64,000 bases of DNA from Felis catus (taxonomy: Eukaryota). Location of the stretch: positions 11,968,001 through 12,032,000 of the forward strand of contig NC_058369.1 of NCBI RefSeq assembly GCF_018350175.1, in the 5' to 3' direction. The stretch's first letter is position 1; every line of letters begins with the position of its first letter. Positions 1 through 12,609 of the stretch are shown here, piece by piece. The position numbers were made by a program, and so were the translations under genes. The notes below the pieces were generated by a model. The model did no database searches, was not told the DNA's origin, and saw nothing but the letters and a program-made list of their open reading frames with translations.

Positions 1-91
1 GTGACCTTGACCTGAGAGTGAGGTGGAATCCATCATTTACTTACCCACCCATCTCTCCTGATGAGTTCCTTAAAGGTATGTGGGGACCAGA

Positions 92-141
<50 letters not shown>
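92..141. repeat. (GT)n microsatellite
   Basis: Near-perfect gtgtgt run with one interruption. Confidence 0.95.
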
Positions 142-144
<3 letters not shown>

Positions 145-421
145 ATATTGCATAGATCATGCTTCAGGCTGAAACATAGTTTGTATTCATCCTTCAGATT
201 AAGAAGTAAAACATCCATGTACATCCCCCCCAACCATTCCCATATTCCCATACTGCCCATGTCGCTGCCCTCCCTACCCATCTCTCTGACACACCCAACA
301 TCTACAGCTAGTGTTGATCACTCCCATACACATTTTGCACCTTTACTACAAGGGACATATCCATGAACAATCCATAGAATCATTTTGCGTGTTTTTAAAC
401 TTTACCTAAGCAACTTTCTTC

Positions 422-661
422 TTTATTTTATTTTATTTTATTTTATTTATTTCATTTTAAGTTTATTTATTTATTTTGAGAGAGGCAGAGACAGTGCAAG
501 TGGGGGAGGGGCAGAGAGCAAGGGAGAGAGAGAATCCCAAGCAGGCTCTGAGCTGTCAGCACAGAGCCCAATGTGGGGCTTGAACCCACAAATCGTGAGA
601 TCATGACCTGAGCCGAAACCAAGAGTTGGATGCTCAAATGACCGAGCCACCCAGGTGCCCC
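422..661 (-). mobile_element. Can-SINE (tRNA-derived carnivore SINE)
   Basis: T-rich tail, (GA)n tract, body ending gagccacccaggtgcccc (reverse of the ggggcacctgggtggctc head). Confidence 0.9.
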
Positions 662-677
662 TTTTCTTTATTTTTTT

Positions 678-978
678 AAATTTTATTTAAATCCAAGAAA
701 GTTAACATATAGTGTACCTTTGGTTTCAGAAGTAGGATTTCATGATTCATCACTTACATATAACACCCAGTGCTCATCCCAACAAGTGTCCTCCTCAATG
801 CCCATCACCCATTTAGCCCACCCCCCACCCACCTCCCCTCCAGCAACCCTCAGTTTGTCCTCTGTATTTAAGAGTCTCGTATGGTTTGCCCCCCTCTCTG
901 TTTTCATCTTATTTTTCCTTCACTTCCTCTATGCTCATCTGTTTTGTTTCTTTAATTCCACATATGAGTGAAATCATA
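678..978 (-). mobile_element. LINE-1 3' UTR fragment (carnivore L1)
   Basis: catataacacccagtgctcatc...catatgagtgaaatcata; reverse-complement similar to the + strand L1 end at 1013-1319. Confidence 0.75.
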
Positions 979-1012
979 CAACCTTCTTCTTTTTTAAAAT
1001 GTTTATTTATTA

Positions 1013-1319
1013 GCCATACAGAGAAAGACAGATACCATATGGTTTCACTCTTATGTGGATCTTGAGAAACTTAACAGAAACCCATGGGGGAGGGGAAGGA
1101 AAAAAAAAAAGAGGTTAGAGTGGGAGAGAGCCAAAGCATAAGAGACTGTTAAAAACTGAGAACCAACTGAGGGTTGATGGGGGGTGGGAGGGAGGGGAGG
1201 GTGGGTGATGGGTATTGAGGAGGGCACCTTTTGGGATGAGCACTGGGTGTTGTATGGAAACCAATTTGACAATAAAGTTCATATATTGAAATAAATAAAT
1301 AAATAAATAGATAGATAAT
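1013..1319 (+). mobile_element. 5'-truncated LINE-1 3' end with A-rich tail and target-site duplication
   Basis: gaaagacagataccatatg...G-rich tract...aataaag...(AAAT)n; flanked by aa(a/g)atgtttatttatt at 996-1011 and 1320-1335. Confidence 0.85.
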
Positions 1320-1322
1320 AAG

Positions 1323-1524
1323 ATGTTTATTTATTTATTTTGAAAGAGAGCACAAGAACGTGAGTTGGGGAGAGGCAGGGAGAGAGGGAGAGAGAGAGAG
1401 AAGCCCAAGCAGGCTCCAAGGTATCAGTGCAGGGCTTGGGGCTCGATCCCATGAACCGAGAGATCATGACCTGAGCCCAGATCAACAGCTGGATGCTTAA
1501 CCTATTGAGCCACCCAGGCACCCC
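1323..1524 (-). mobile_element. Can-SINE
   Basis: Typical reverse SINE body ending gagccacccaggcacccc. Confidence 0.9.
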
Positions 1525-1703
1525 ATATACCACATTTTCTTGACCATCCACTGACAGATTCTTGGGTTGTTTTCCATATCTTGGCTATTGTGAATAATGC
1601 AGCAATGAACTTGGGATTGCAGATAGCTCTCAGCTATTCTGTTTTCATTTCCTTTTTAATTTTTTGAGGAACCTCCATATAGTTTTCCATAGTGGTTGCA
1701 CCA
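1525..1703 (-). mobile_element. LINE-1 fragment (end of ORF2 region)
   Basis: ttccatatcttggctattgtgaataatgc...ttttccatagtggttgcacc resembles antisense L1. Confidence 0.7.
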
Positions 1704-3536
1704 GGATTCGGAATTGTACTCTACATATTACGGGGAGGGGGAATGGAATGCTACACAAAGGACAAGATTTAGTTTACTTCTGTAAAAGCTCCTCCTGCCT
1801 GCTTAACGAAGATGTTATTTTAGGGGCCAGAAATGGAAAACAGAGCCATGTGGATATCCGAGGAAAAAGAATGTTTAAGCAGAGGGAACAGAAACTGCAA
1901 AGGCCCTGAGGCAGAAGCATGTCTGGCTTGTTCCGGGAACATCAATGATACCAGAAATGAGTGCAGTGGAGAGTAGGAGGTGAGATCATAAATGAGAAGG
2001 GAAAGATGGAAGGAGGTACGGTTCAAGGTGATTGTCATTAGGTCACTTGTAGCTTCAAAAAGTCAAGATTTTCTCTTAACATCAGTACCAATGTTCAAGG
2101 TGCTGAGTCCTTTCTCACCTTCTACTGAACAAACACTTCAAATTGAAAGCCAAGTCCTAGTTCTTGTAATCCTGTCTGAGATTTTTATATATTCAATACC
2201 TCTTCACGTGATTAAGCTCTAGCAATGGTTTAATTGTCCTATTTATTTGAAGAGCTTGATTGCATTAACATTTGTTCCACAGAGCTTCACAGATATACTT
2301 TGATCAACTCTTAGGATTCCATAAATGGATTTGTTTTTACTCGTGTCATCAAACAACAAATTCATTTTCATAAAATCTGGTCATGGACCTCCAAATAGTC
2401 TCCCACTCCCCGCACCTGGGGATTGATGTTTATTTTGTTGGTTTTCAGATAGCATTGCACATTTCTTCATTCTTGTAATATCTTTCACTTCCGTCTCGGT
2501 GGGGTTTCTTTTCAATTATTTTTATGTGTTCAGTTCTTTTTAGACATCAAATTGCCATCAGCTTTAATAACCCAACCAAACCTTTTTTTGTAAAACCAGA
2601 GTATTGATGTCCCTCTTAGAAATGTATTCATTAAAGCCAAATCTTAAGCAACTAAAAACAAACCAAAAAACACACACCTTTATTTTCTAAAGGCTGACTC
2701 CTTTCCCACAATTTTACTGAGAAAAGGATTTACAAGACCTGACCTGATTTCCAGTCTGTTCTTTGCAGCTTTGGCTCCTCTCAGATTGTCCATTTGTGTC
2801 CAAATACGCCTCCAATTTTCACTATTTCCGTCTCCAGTTCTTCAGATACATTGGTTTATTCTCTGCATTTCCTGGATGCGTGGTGGCATATGTAAAGTTC
2901 TAAGAGAAATATTTAAAGTATTCCATTTTAGTTATATCTTTTTTGACTCATTCAGCAACAACTAAACAAAAAGACTTGAATGATACCAAATTAAAACATC
3001 CAGAATGTTTTGTACACTTTGCCCAAAACTCTGGACTTACATTATATCTGTACAAACTCCCAGAAAGTCTTCACATACATATTTTTCGTGGAGATGGCAT
3101 TTATAAAACACCACCAAACTGTCACAAGCATCATGTGACCACCTTTTCAGATCCAATAAATTTGACTCTATTTTTTTACTTATGTCAGATTTCATTCAAA
3201 TGTTGTTCTGAAATAAATCTCACAGCCTCGTGCGATCAACCACAAACCTAAAACTACTTTCAAGGTCTTGAATTTCATTTTTAAAATAAATTACAGAAAC
3301 AATTCTGGTGACACTGATCATGGTTGAGGTTTTAGTTACTTGAGGTAATTTTTCACAAAGCTGTTTTTTCTTTTCAGTAAATGGGTTTTGCCACACACAG
3401 ATCCACAGCCTGAATGGTACTGTCATGCCCACATGGGTATTATAGTTTTTGAGGTTTTATTAATTATTTTGTTTCTGCAAAGTCTCAGTTACTTTTAACC
3501 ATACATCGGAGTACTTTAAAAAGTCATATTACTTTT

Positions 3537-3952
3537 GGGGCACCAGGGTAGCTCAGTCAGTTAAGCGTCCAACTTTGGCTCAGGTCATGATCTCATGGTT
3601 CATGAGTTCAAGCCCCGCATCAGGCTCTGTGCTGACAGCTCAAAGCCCAGAGCCTGCTTCTGATTCTGTCTCCCTCTCTCTCTCTGCCCCTCTCCTATTT
3701 TCACTCTGTCTCTCCTTCTCAAAAATGAATAAACATTAAAAAAAATTTTTTTTACGGGATGCCTGGGTGGCTCAGTCAGTTGGGCGTCTGATTTCAGCTC
3801 AGGTCATGATCTCACAGTTTGTGGGTTTGAGCCCCACATTGGGCTCTGTGCTGACAGCTCAGAGCTTGGAGCCTGCTTTGGATTCTGTGTCTCCCTCTCT
3901 CTGCTCCTCCCTCACTCACGCTCTGTCTCTGTCTCTCCAAAATGAATAAACT
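3537..3952 (+). mobile_element. Two tandem Can-SINEs (3537-3754 and 3756-3952)
   Basis: Two successive heads (gggt(a/g)gctcagtcagtt), (CT)n tracts and aataaac tails. Confidence 0.9.
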
Positions 3953-4270
3953 TGAGTGAACAGCTTGTGAGCAGTATTTGGATCTAATACCTCTTTCACC
4001 TGTTACTTCCTATAAACTATCTATATTTTTATTGCTAAATAATTATTTGCCAAAAATATAAATTAGTTGTCACATTTTACAGTGAGTCTTACATCGAAGC
4101 AAAACTGTTTCAGGATGCTCTGACTTCTGCTATCATCAGATGTCGCAGGGTTACAATTCACAGTGAATAGCATTCCTCCTCTCCTCTCCCACAAATTCAG
4201 AGTACTGTTCATATTTACTAGGAACATGAAAAAGCTTATTGAAACCTTGTTGCCTTTTCATCCTGAATCC

Positions 4271-4491
4271 TTTTTTAAAAATTTTCTTAAATGCATATTT
4301 ATTCTTGAGAGAGAGAGGCAGAGCACGAGTGGGGGACAGGCAGAGAGAGAGGGAGACGCAGAATCCCAAGAAGGCTCCAGGCTCTGAGTTGTCAGCACAG
4401 AGCCTGACAAGGGGCTTGAACCCATGAACTGCGAGTCCATGACCTGAGCCAATGCCAGATGCTTAACCTACTGAGCCACCCAGGTGGCCCC
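4271..4491 (-). mobile_element. Can-SINE
   Basis: Reverse SINE body, cctgaatc duplicated on both sides. Confidence 0.9.
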
Positions 4492-5725
4492 TGAATCTTC
4501 TTCTTTTTAATGTTTTATTATAAACTTGATTTGATCATTATCCAAGCATCGCACACTTAATCACTTACACAAAAGTTACAATGCACAAATGGTAAACACC
4601 GAAGTAAATCTTACCTAAGACCAAAGCCCACCTTGGATTTGAGGATACTGACACACTGGTACCTCTCCTACAGTGCAGAGCATTTCATGAGCACATGACC
4701 ACGCCGCTCACAGTGACAATAGCCAAACTGGCAAAAGGTTTGGCAAATATTTCTCAGATGTTGCCAATGTATCAAAGCTCATTGCAACCTTCAACAGCAA
4801 TGAATTGAAGTATTGAGTTTATGTTATGATTTGTATTGTTGATTAATTTTACTATTCTTTGGAAGGACTATAAGCATATGCTCTAGCCTGTGCCAAACAT
4901 TTCCGGATTTTATCAATGGACACTTGTGCCGGAACATGCTGGCTGTCTTGGAGGGGTGGTGGGGGGTCATGGCTCCTCTTGACGTGTAAGAACAGGCAAT
5001 GTTTTTGAAAAGTATGGTGGTCCAGGGAAGCAGGGAAAGGGGGCAGTAGCTGGAGAGCTATTTGGGACAAGGAAGGGATTCTCTCAAAGATGGAAGGAAT
5101 TCTGGAATCCTTGAGTCTTCCTTTGGATTCTCCCCACAGCAGGTTCTGAGTCGAGGACTTGAGTGCAAATAGTTTCGTTAGGAGGTAGTCCCAGGAGAGC
5201 CAATGAACGTTTGGGAAAGGGAGGCATGGATGAGCAGATTCCCACTTTGGGGCAGCTGAAGGGTGATGTTTCTAGGGATCCCAGAGAAAGCACACCTCAG
5301 CACTGCCTCGCTCAGGAGTGATGAAACCAGGGGAGTCGCCCAAAAAGCCCTGTCCTTTGCCGGCTATAAGTCACTCCAGGGAATGCTGATGCCCACATCC
5401 CCACATGTGAAGGCTGAGCTCGTGACTGTACCCAGATGAAGCCCTGGGGCATAGAGGTGTAGGGGGTGAGGGTGAGAAATGGGCCCGGTGCTTGACAGCA
5501 GTCCACCCATCTGCAGGTGGATGATGGGGAATGAACGGTGTATTCACTGATGGAAATCATGCAGCAAAGCAGGTGGGTGGGCGGGGGTCCTGTTGCGGGA
5601 GAGCGTGGGAAGAATGGATGAACGCCTGGAACTAGCGAGAGGGCATGAGATCCAGGGCGCGGTGCAAGGGCTGGCCGAGTCAGGACCCTGGACAACTCCT
5701 GGGTTTCCTTTCTGATTGCTCCAAG

Positions 5726-6674
5726 ATGGCGGTAGAAGGGGCAACTCTCATGGGGGTCTCTGAGTTCCTGCTCCTGGGCCTCTCGGGGAACTGAAAGCAA
5801 CAGCAGCTGCTCCTCATACTCTTCCTGAGCATGTCCCTGGTCACAGGACTGGGGAACCTGTTCATCGTCCTGGCCATCGCCACCGACTCCCAACTCCACA
5901 CGCCCATGTACTTCTTCCTGGCTAAGCTGGCCTTTGTGGACATTTGCTTCACCTCCACCACCATTCCCAAGATGCTGGCCAACCTCGTGTTAGGACACAA
6001 AGGGATCCCTTAATGCAGGCTGCCTGACCCAGATCTTCTTCTTCATCTGGTTTGCTGGCATCGATAGCTTCCTTCTGATGGCCATGGCCTATGACCGCTA
6101 TGCGGCCATCTGTCACCCTCTGCACTACGCTGTGTCTGTGATGCCACACCTCTGTGGCCTCCTGGTGGCTGCATCCTGGACTGCAGCCTTCGGGAACGCC
6201 CTGACCCACACAGTATTACTGACTCGCCTCTTGTTCTGCACCCACAACCAGGTTCCCCATCTCTTTTGTGACCTCAGCCCTCTGCTGAAGCTGGCCTGCT
6301 CTGGCACCTTTCTCAATAATGCAATGTTGTACACCGGGGGCACCCTACCCATCATCACCCCCTTTGTGGGTATCTTGGTCTCCTACACACGCATCTTTGC
6401 CTCCGTGCTGAGGATCCCATCCACGAGAGGCAAGCAGAAGGCTTTCTCCACCTGTGGCTCTCACCTCTCTGTGGTGTCCCTGTCCTATGGGACACTCATC
6501 AGGGTTTATTTCAGCCCTATGTCCTCCCACACAGCCCAGAAGGACACGGCCGCTGCAGTGATGTACGTGGTGGTCACTCCCATGCTGAACCCCTTCATGT
6601 ACAGCCTACGCAACAGTGACAGGATGGGTGCTTTGGGGGCCCTCATCGGTAGGAAGCCAGTGTTTATTCAGTGA
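5726..6674 (+). pseudogene. Olfactory receptor family 1 pseudogene (OR1AB-like by synteny), single exon, 315 codons when repaired
   Basis: OR motifs [54 protein letters not shown]; in-frame TGA at 5792-5794; one extra base at about 6012-6013 (CCT TAAT GCA GGC TGC) shifts the frame. Confidence 0.9.
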
Positions 6675-6945
6675 CCGTAACATTGGGATGTTTCAGTGTC
6701 CAAATCCGGGGCCCATCTGTACTAAATTTCCCTGTATAGTTCCAATCTAAGATATTTCTTTCACTTCACTCTTGGTTCTCTGTTTATTACATCATCCTTC
6801 CAACAGCTATTTATTGGACATCTATTACATTGCAGACACTCTTTGAAGGGCTGAGGGTCCAGCAGGGAACAAACAAAACCCCTGACCATGTGGTGCTCAC
6901 ACTGCAGCCTGAAGAACACATCACAGCTAAAAGAGCGTGCTCTCT

Positions 6946-7067
6946 GGGGCATCTGGGTGGCTCAGTCCATTGAGTGTCCGACTCTTGATTTCGGTTCAGG
7001 TCATGATCCCAGGGTCGTGGAATCAAGCCTCGCATCCAGCTCCATGTTGACTGTGGAGTCTGCTTAA

Positions 7068-7104
<37 letters not shown>

Positions 7105-7259
7105 GGGTGCCTGGGTGGCTCAGTTGGTTAAGCATCTGACTTTGGCTTTGGTCATGATTGCACAGTTCATGAGTTTGAGCCCCACATCAGGCTCTCTACT
7201 GTCAGCACAGAGCCTGCTTCAGATCTTCTGTCTCTCTCTCCCTCTGCCCCTCTCCCCTG

Positions 7260-7296
<37 letters not shown>

Positions 7297-7312
7297 AAAA
7301 AATTTCAAAAAA
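6946..7312 (+). mobile_element. Two tandem/nested Can-SINEs (6946-7102, 7105-7312)
   Basis: Two heads gggtggctcag, the second starting in the (CT)n tract of the first. Confidence 0.88.
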
Positions 7313-8095
7313 GGAAGTGCCTAAAAAAAGGAAGTGCTCTGCTGATGAGAGAGACCAGAACACAAGCCCCACTTTGGTTAAGATTCAGGTTAAGCAACTA
7401 TAATAAAAAGACCCAATTGCAAAGGCTCAAGAGTTATAAGATTTTGCAGACTGCACTCTTTGTTTCTTTAACAACTTAGTTCCTTCAAAAAGCTTAGAGT
7501 AGACATCTGGTCTTGTTGTTTCCAGTGAGTTCCATTGCTAGGCACCAGATCCGATGGGCTTTTCTAGCCAGAGCTCTTGTGTTTATTTAATTTGCAATAT
7601 TTGCTTCCTTGAACTACCTACACTTTTGTCACTCCTCGTTAATGGTCACCCGAAACAATAGCCTTAGGTGGGAGGCAAGATCCTTATTTACACTGTTTTG
7701 AAGGAACAGGAAGCTGTTGGCTCTTCTAACCTTGTGATGTTTCTGACTTTGAAACGTGGCCAATTCTCCTCCAAGATCATCTCTCTCTTGTGATGCCTTG
7801 CTGCAAGCGGCAAGCAGCAGCCAACTCACAGTGACATTCTAGCTCTTTCCAATCACTTCTGCAAACACAGGCTCAGGAGACATATGATCTACCTGTCAGG
7901 TTGTCACCCATGGCGGTATTTCTGGACGAGGTTCTTTGGCATAACAAGGGTTACCAGCTTTCCCAGCCTGCAAAATTTGTGTCCTTAACCACCGGACCAC
8001 GCAGCTCATTCAACTGGTTCTTCATTTGTGGGATGGCAACATCTAACTTCTGGTACCAGTTTCTATATTGGTCAGGATGAACAGCTTATGGGCTG

Positions 8096-8542
8096 TATTA
8101 GCTTCCTGGGGATTCTGTAAAAACAAACAAATAAGAAGACCAAAACCAACCAAACAGACAACCACAAACGAGGTGGCTTACACAGAAATTCGTTCTCCCA
8201 CCGTTCTGGAGGCCTGAAGTCCAAAATCAAGGTGTTGGCAGATTGGCTCCTGCTGAGGCTGTGAGGGAAAATCTGTTCCGAGTCTCTCTTCTAGCTGGGG
8301 AGAAGCTGGTGCTTTGCTGGCCATCTGTGGTGTCCCTTAACTTGTAGATCATGCCTTCGTCATTACATGGCATCCTCCTGGTGTGCATGGCTGTCTCCAA
8401 ACATCCCCTTTTTATAAAGACACCAGTTCTCTTGGAGTAGGAACCCACCCTACTCCAGAATGACATCATCTTAACTATTATATCTGCAACAATCCTATTT
8501 TTAAGATATGAATTTGGGGAGGAGACATGAGGCAACCCATAA
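8096..8542. mobile_element. MaLR LTR (MLT1-type)
   Basis: tgtattagcttcct...ttctggaggcctgaagtccaaaatcaaggtgttggcag...caacccataaca, recognised MLT1 hallmarks. Confidence 0.7.
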
Positions 8543-8544
8543 CA

Positions 8545-8705
8545 TTTTTTTAATGTTTATTTATTTTGAGAGAGAGAGAGGCAGAGAGAGAGAGGGAGAG
8601 AGAGAATCTCAGGCAGGCTCCACGCTGTCAGTGCACAGCCCAACTCGGGGCTTGATCTCACGAACCATGAGATCGTGACCTGAGGTGAGATCAACTGAGA
8701 TCAAG
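8545..8705 (-). mobile_element. Partial Can-SINE
   Basis: T tail, (GA)n, gaaccatgagatcgtgacctgag; head missing. Confidence 0.8.
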
Positions 8706-9336
8706 GAGATACCCTTCTGAGGAACTCTGCAGCTGTCATAGATTTTGATTCATCTGATGCAAATTAGTGCCAAAAGGCACAGGCGGGGGCCCTTGATTTC
8801 AAAGGAACTCTCTAGAACTCTTAGTAGGCTATTTGCTTTGAGTCAGTAACCATGCCCAAAGTTCTTTCCCAGACAGAATGTTTGCATTCCTTGATGTGCT
8901 CACGTCTCTCTAGCACATTAATGGTGGCTACTTGAGGTCATTTGAAAACAAAGGTCTTGGCAGACCTGTGTGCTGGTCTCAGCCCACTGTTGGTGATGCT
9001 CTGGATGGGAACGCCTAAGGCACTCACCTGAGCCTGTGCTATTTGTGAGGGTGGCCACAGACATTTCCCCCTCGACAGGAGTCAGTGTTGTGGTGGAACA
9101 GCCCTTGTGGTTCTTGCTACGATTACAGGGGTACACCTCAGCAACAACTATTGAGGAGCTTTGAAACAAATAAGACTCTTCTGCATATTTCTGGAGGGTA
9201 CACAGCACACCTGGGGGCCACGCAGCAAGGTTATAGGGAGACAGAGAACATAGACTTCAGGCTCTGCGTTTACTAGGGTCCATGGATGAGGTGTCTTGGG
9301 TTTGGGGGGCTCACTCTCTATTGGCTAATTTAGAAA

Positions 9337-9550
9337 TTTTTTTTAACATTTATTTATCTTTGAGAGACAGAGACAGAGTGCGAGTGGGGGAGGGGCAGAG
9401 TGAGAGGGAGACACAGAATCCGAAGCAGGCTCCAGGCTCCAAGCTGTCAGCACAGAGTCCGAGGTGGGGCTCGAACCCACGAACCGTGAGATCATGACCT
9501 GAGCCAAGCCGAAGTCGGATGCTTAACTGACTGAGCCACCCAGGTGCCCC
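9337..9550 (-). mobile_element. Can-SINE with 14-bp TSD
   Basis: tattggctaattta at 9319-9332 and 9553-9566. Confidence 0.92.
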
Positions 9551-9774
9551 TGTATTGGCTAATTTAAAGCATAAGAGCAAGAATTAGGGAGTTGGAAGGG
9601 GAAAGTGGGGTCACTCAAGCAGTCCATTATTTAGATTATCCAGAGGTTTCTAAAAGGGGAACTTCATGCTGAGGGTTCCCTAATTCATTATCTGGTGGGT
9701 CCATTAGTAACTGCGTCACGTTTATTCAAGATGGGTGACTTATTTGGTCATAAAAAAGAAGGAAATCCTACGCC

Positions 9775-9951
9775 GGGGCAGCCTGGGTGGCTCAGTTGGT
9801 TAAGCGTCTGACTCTTGATTTTGGCTCGGGTCGTAATCCCAGGGTTGTGGGATCAAGCCCGACGTCAGGCTCTGCGCTGAGTGTGAAGCCTGCTTGAGAT
9901 TCTCTCTCCCCCTCTACCTCTCCCCACCTCTTAAAAAAAAAAAAAAAAAAA
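9775..9951 (+). mobile_element. Can-SINE
   Basis: Head gcctgggtggctcagttggttaagcg, poly(A) tail. Confidence 0.9.
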
Positions 9952-9954
9952 GGA

Positions 9955-10410
9955 AAACCTGCCGTTTGCGCCAAGATGGATGACTCCAGGGCATTGTGCT
10001 AATTGCAATAAGTCAGAGAACGACAAATACTGTTTGGTCTCACTTATATGAGGAACCTAAAACAAAACAAACAAAAAAAAAAGAAAAAAAATTCCTACAT
10101 CCAGAGAACTGATGGATGGTTGCCAGAGGCTGAAGGGTGAGTGATAGGGAAAATGGGTACAGGTGGTCAAAAGGTACACACTTCCAGTTATAAAATAAAT
10201 AAGTGATCGAGTGCAATGTCCAGCCTGGTGACTGTGGTTAATGATACTCTACCATATATGAAAGTCGCTAAGGGAGTGGATCTTAAAATTTCTCTTCACA
10301 AGAAGAAAGGAGAGTATAACCATGTGTGGTGACGGACGTTAACGAGAGGTACCGTGGTCTTTCACAATATATACAAATATCGAATCATTAGGTTGTACAC
10401 CTGAAACTAA
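9955..10410 (+). mobile_element. Older LINE-1 3' end (L1MA-like)
   Basis: aataagtcagag...caaatactg...ggttgccagaggc...ttgtacacctgaaacta. Confidence 0.7.
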
Positions 10411-10452
10411 AAACAAACAAGTAAGCAAACAAACAAAACAATCTGAGTCAGG

Positions 10453-10532
10453 ACAAGAGTCAGCGAACTATAGCCTACGGGCCAAATCTGGCCCACCACC
10501 TGTTTGGGTAGATAAAATTGGATTGAAACACA
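10453..10532. mobile_element. MER58-like DNA transposon fragment
   Basis: gtcagcgaactatagcctacgggccaaatctggcccaccacctgttt. Confidence 0.55.
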
Positions 10533-10555
10533 TTTTTGAAAAAAATGGACATCTT

Positions 10556-10790
10556 GGGGTACTTGGGTAGCTCAGTCGGTTGAGCATCCAACTCTTGATT
10601 TTAGCTCATGATCGCAGGGTCGTGGGATCGAGCCCCGAGTCTGGCTCTGCACTGGGCATGGAGCCTGCTTAAGATTCTCTCTCTTTCTCTCTCTCTCTTT
10701 CCCCCCATCCCTCTCCCTCTCTCCCCTGCTCATGCTCTCACTCACTCTCTCTCTCTCTCAATCTCAAAAATAAGATAAAACAAAATAAAA
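10556..10790 (+). mobile_element. Can-SINE
   Basis: Head, (CT)n, A-rich tail; aaaatggacat duplicated on both sides. Confidence 0.88.
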
Positions 10791-11020
10791 TGGACATTTT
10801 TTGAAATGGATGCCTCTTACCCTGCAGAAGGCAATGCCCTGCTTAACCACGGGTTCCAAAATCAGGATCATGGGGTTTCTCCAACCCTTTGAGGACTCTC
10901 ATCTGTGGACTTTTCTATCTCTATGCACCGACTCTTGTCCCTTGAGCCCACATCTTTCTTGTAATACTTTGCAAAACTCAGCAAGGAGCAACCAATTCAC
11001 AATGATATTCTTGCTCCTTC

Positions 11021-11239
11021 TTTTTTAAATTTTTTTAATGTTTATTTATTTTTGACAGAGACAGAGACAGAATGCGAGTGGGTTAGGGGCAGAGGGGGAG
11101 CGAGACACAGAATCCGAAGCAGGCTCCAGGCTCCGAGCTGTCAGCACAGAGCCTGATGCAGGGCTTGAACTCACGGACTGCGAGATCCTGACCCGAGCCG
11201 AAGTCGGATGCTTAACCGACTGAGCCACCCAGGTGACCC
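11021..11239 (-). mobile_element. Can-SINE
   Basis: Reverse body; ttcttgctccttct duplicated on both sides. Confidence 0.92.
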
Positions 11240-12181
11240 TGTTCTTGCTCCTTCTAATCCCTCCATCTAGAGATGCAGGCTTTGTAACTGCTTGAACGAT
11301 CTTCCAAGTTCTCAACAATTATAGTTTCACCTTGGCTGTGACCTGAAGAGGATGCCCGGCTCTAGCCTGGGGTACCATGTCCTCACAACCCAGCCACTAA
11401 GCTAATGCCACCTACTGCCATGGCAGCACCCCACTTCCAGGACCGGCTACTCTACTTGTTAGGACAAAAGTCTAAAGCTCCAGCAAAAAGAGAGAATCCC
11501 AAAATGCAGTATTTCAACCAAGACAGAAGCTGATTTTTCTCTGAGTCCCGGGTCGGCAGGAAGCTCTCTCTTCATGCAGCCGTTTTAGGTACCAATTTCC
11601 ATCCATCCCTAAGACACTGGGGTTGTTTGCAAGCTGGGTCATAGACATGTCCAAATTCCAGCTTGCAAACAAGGGGCCAAAGAGCACGAGGGAGGGAGGT
11701 CTTCTGTCCTCAGGCTTTAGCCCAGAGGGCACACACATAACTTACATTCACATCTCAGCAGTGAGGACTTAGCCACCAATGTGGCTTAACCACAAGGCAG
11801 ACTGGAAAAGATACTGCAACTACAAGGTCACAATTCCATGTTATAGAGGAGGGGAGAATGGAAGCCAGCCTTTTCCTTCCCACGTAGCCTTGGGCCAGCC
11901 TGAGTTTTCTCTTATGTAAGATAAAGGTATTAACCCATAAAGCACAGGGATGCGAGCAGGGTGACACAAGATAAGGTGTGGCATCCATGACAGGCAAGAT
12001 CCTTGTTTTGGGGTCTACTTTTAGGGAAACCCAAAGTAAGACATGCACAGGAAGGTAGAGGTGATATAGGAATGACTGAAGTTTGTAAATGCTGAGACAT
12101 TGCATCTAAAACACTCAGTGCCTGGCACATAGTAAGTGTTCAACAAATGCTATTAATTGTTACTTCTAAAAAATGTGGTAA

Positions 12182-12360
12182 GGGGCACCTGGGTGGCTCA
12201 GTGGGTTGAGCGTCTGACTCTTGATTTCAGCTCAGGTCATGATCCCAGTGTTGTGGGATTGAACTCCAAGTTGGGCTCCACCCTGAGCGTGGAGCCTGCT
12301 TGAGATTCTCCCTCTGCCCCTTCTCCCCTGCTCATGTTTTCTCTCTCTTTCTCAAAAAAA

Positions 12361-12405
<45 letters not shown>

Positions 12406-12456
12406 AAATTTAAAAAATTAAATTAAAAAATAAAAACAAATAAAAAATAAATAAAA
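12182..12456 (+). mobile_element. Can-SINE with long (TAAA)n tail
   Basis: ggggcacctgggtggctcag head; tail 12355-12456. Confidence 0.9.
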
Positions 12457-12609
12457 GACCACTCACCTGTGGTCTTTATATATGCAACACCTGTTTCTAC
12501 CACCCCACCTCTCATTCATCCTTTAGACCTCACTTCAATGCCACCTCCTTGGGGAAGGCTTCCCTGACTTCCACCCAAGGCTAATCAAGTCCCCATGTTG
12601 CATATTCCA

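Noticed and set aside
3537..3640. tRNA-like A/B box sequences at SINE heads (here and in other copies)
   Set aside because: They are the tRNA-derived heads of Can-SINEs, not tRNA genes
5312..6209. Minus-strand ORFs of 86-195 aa
   Set aside because: Antisense shadows of the olfactory receptor sequence
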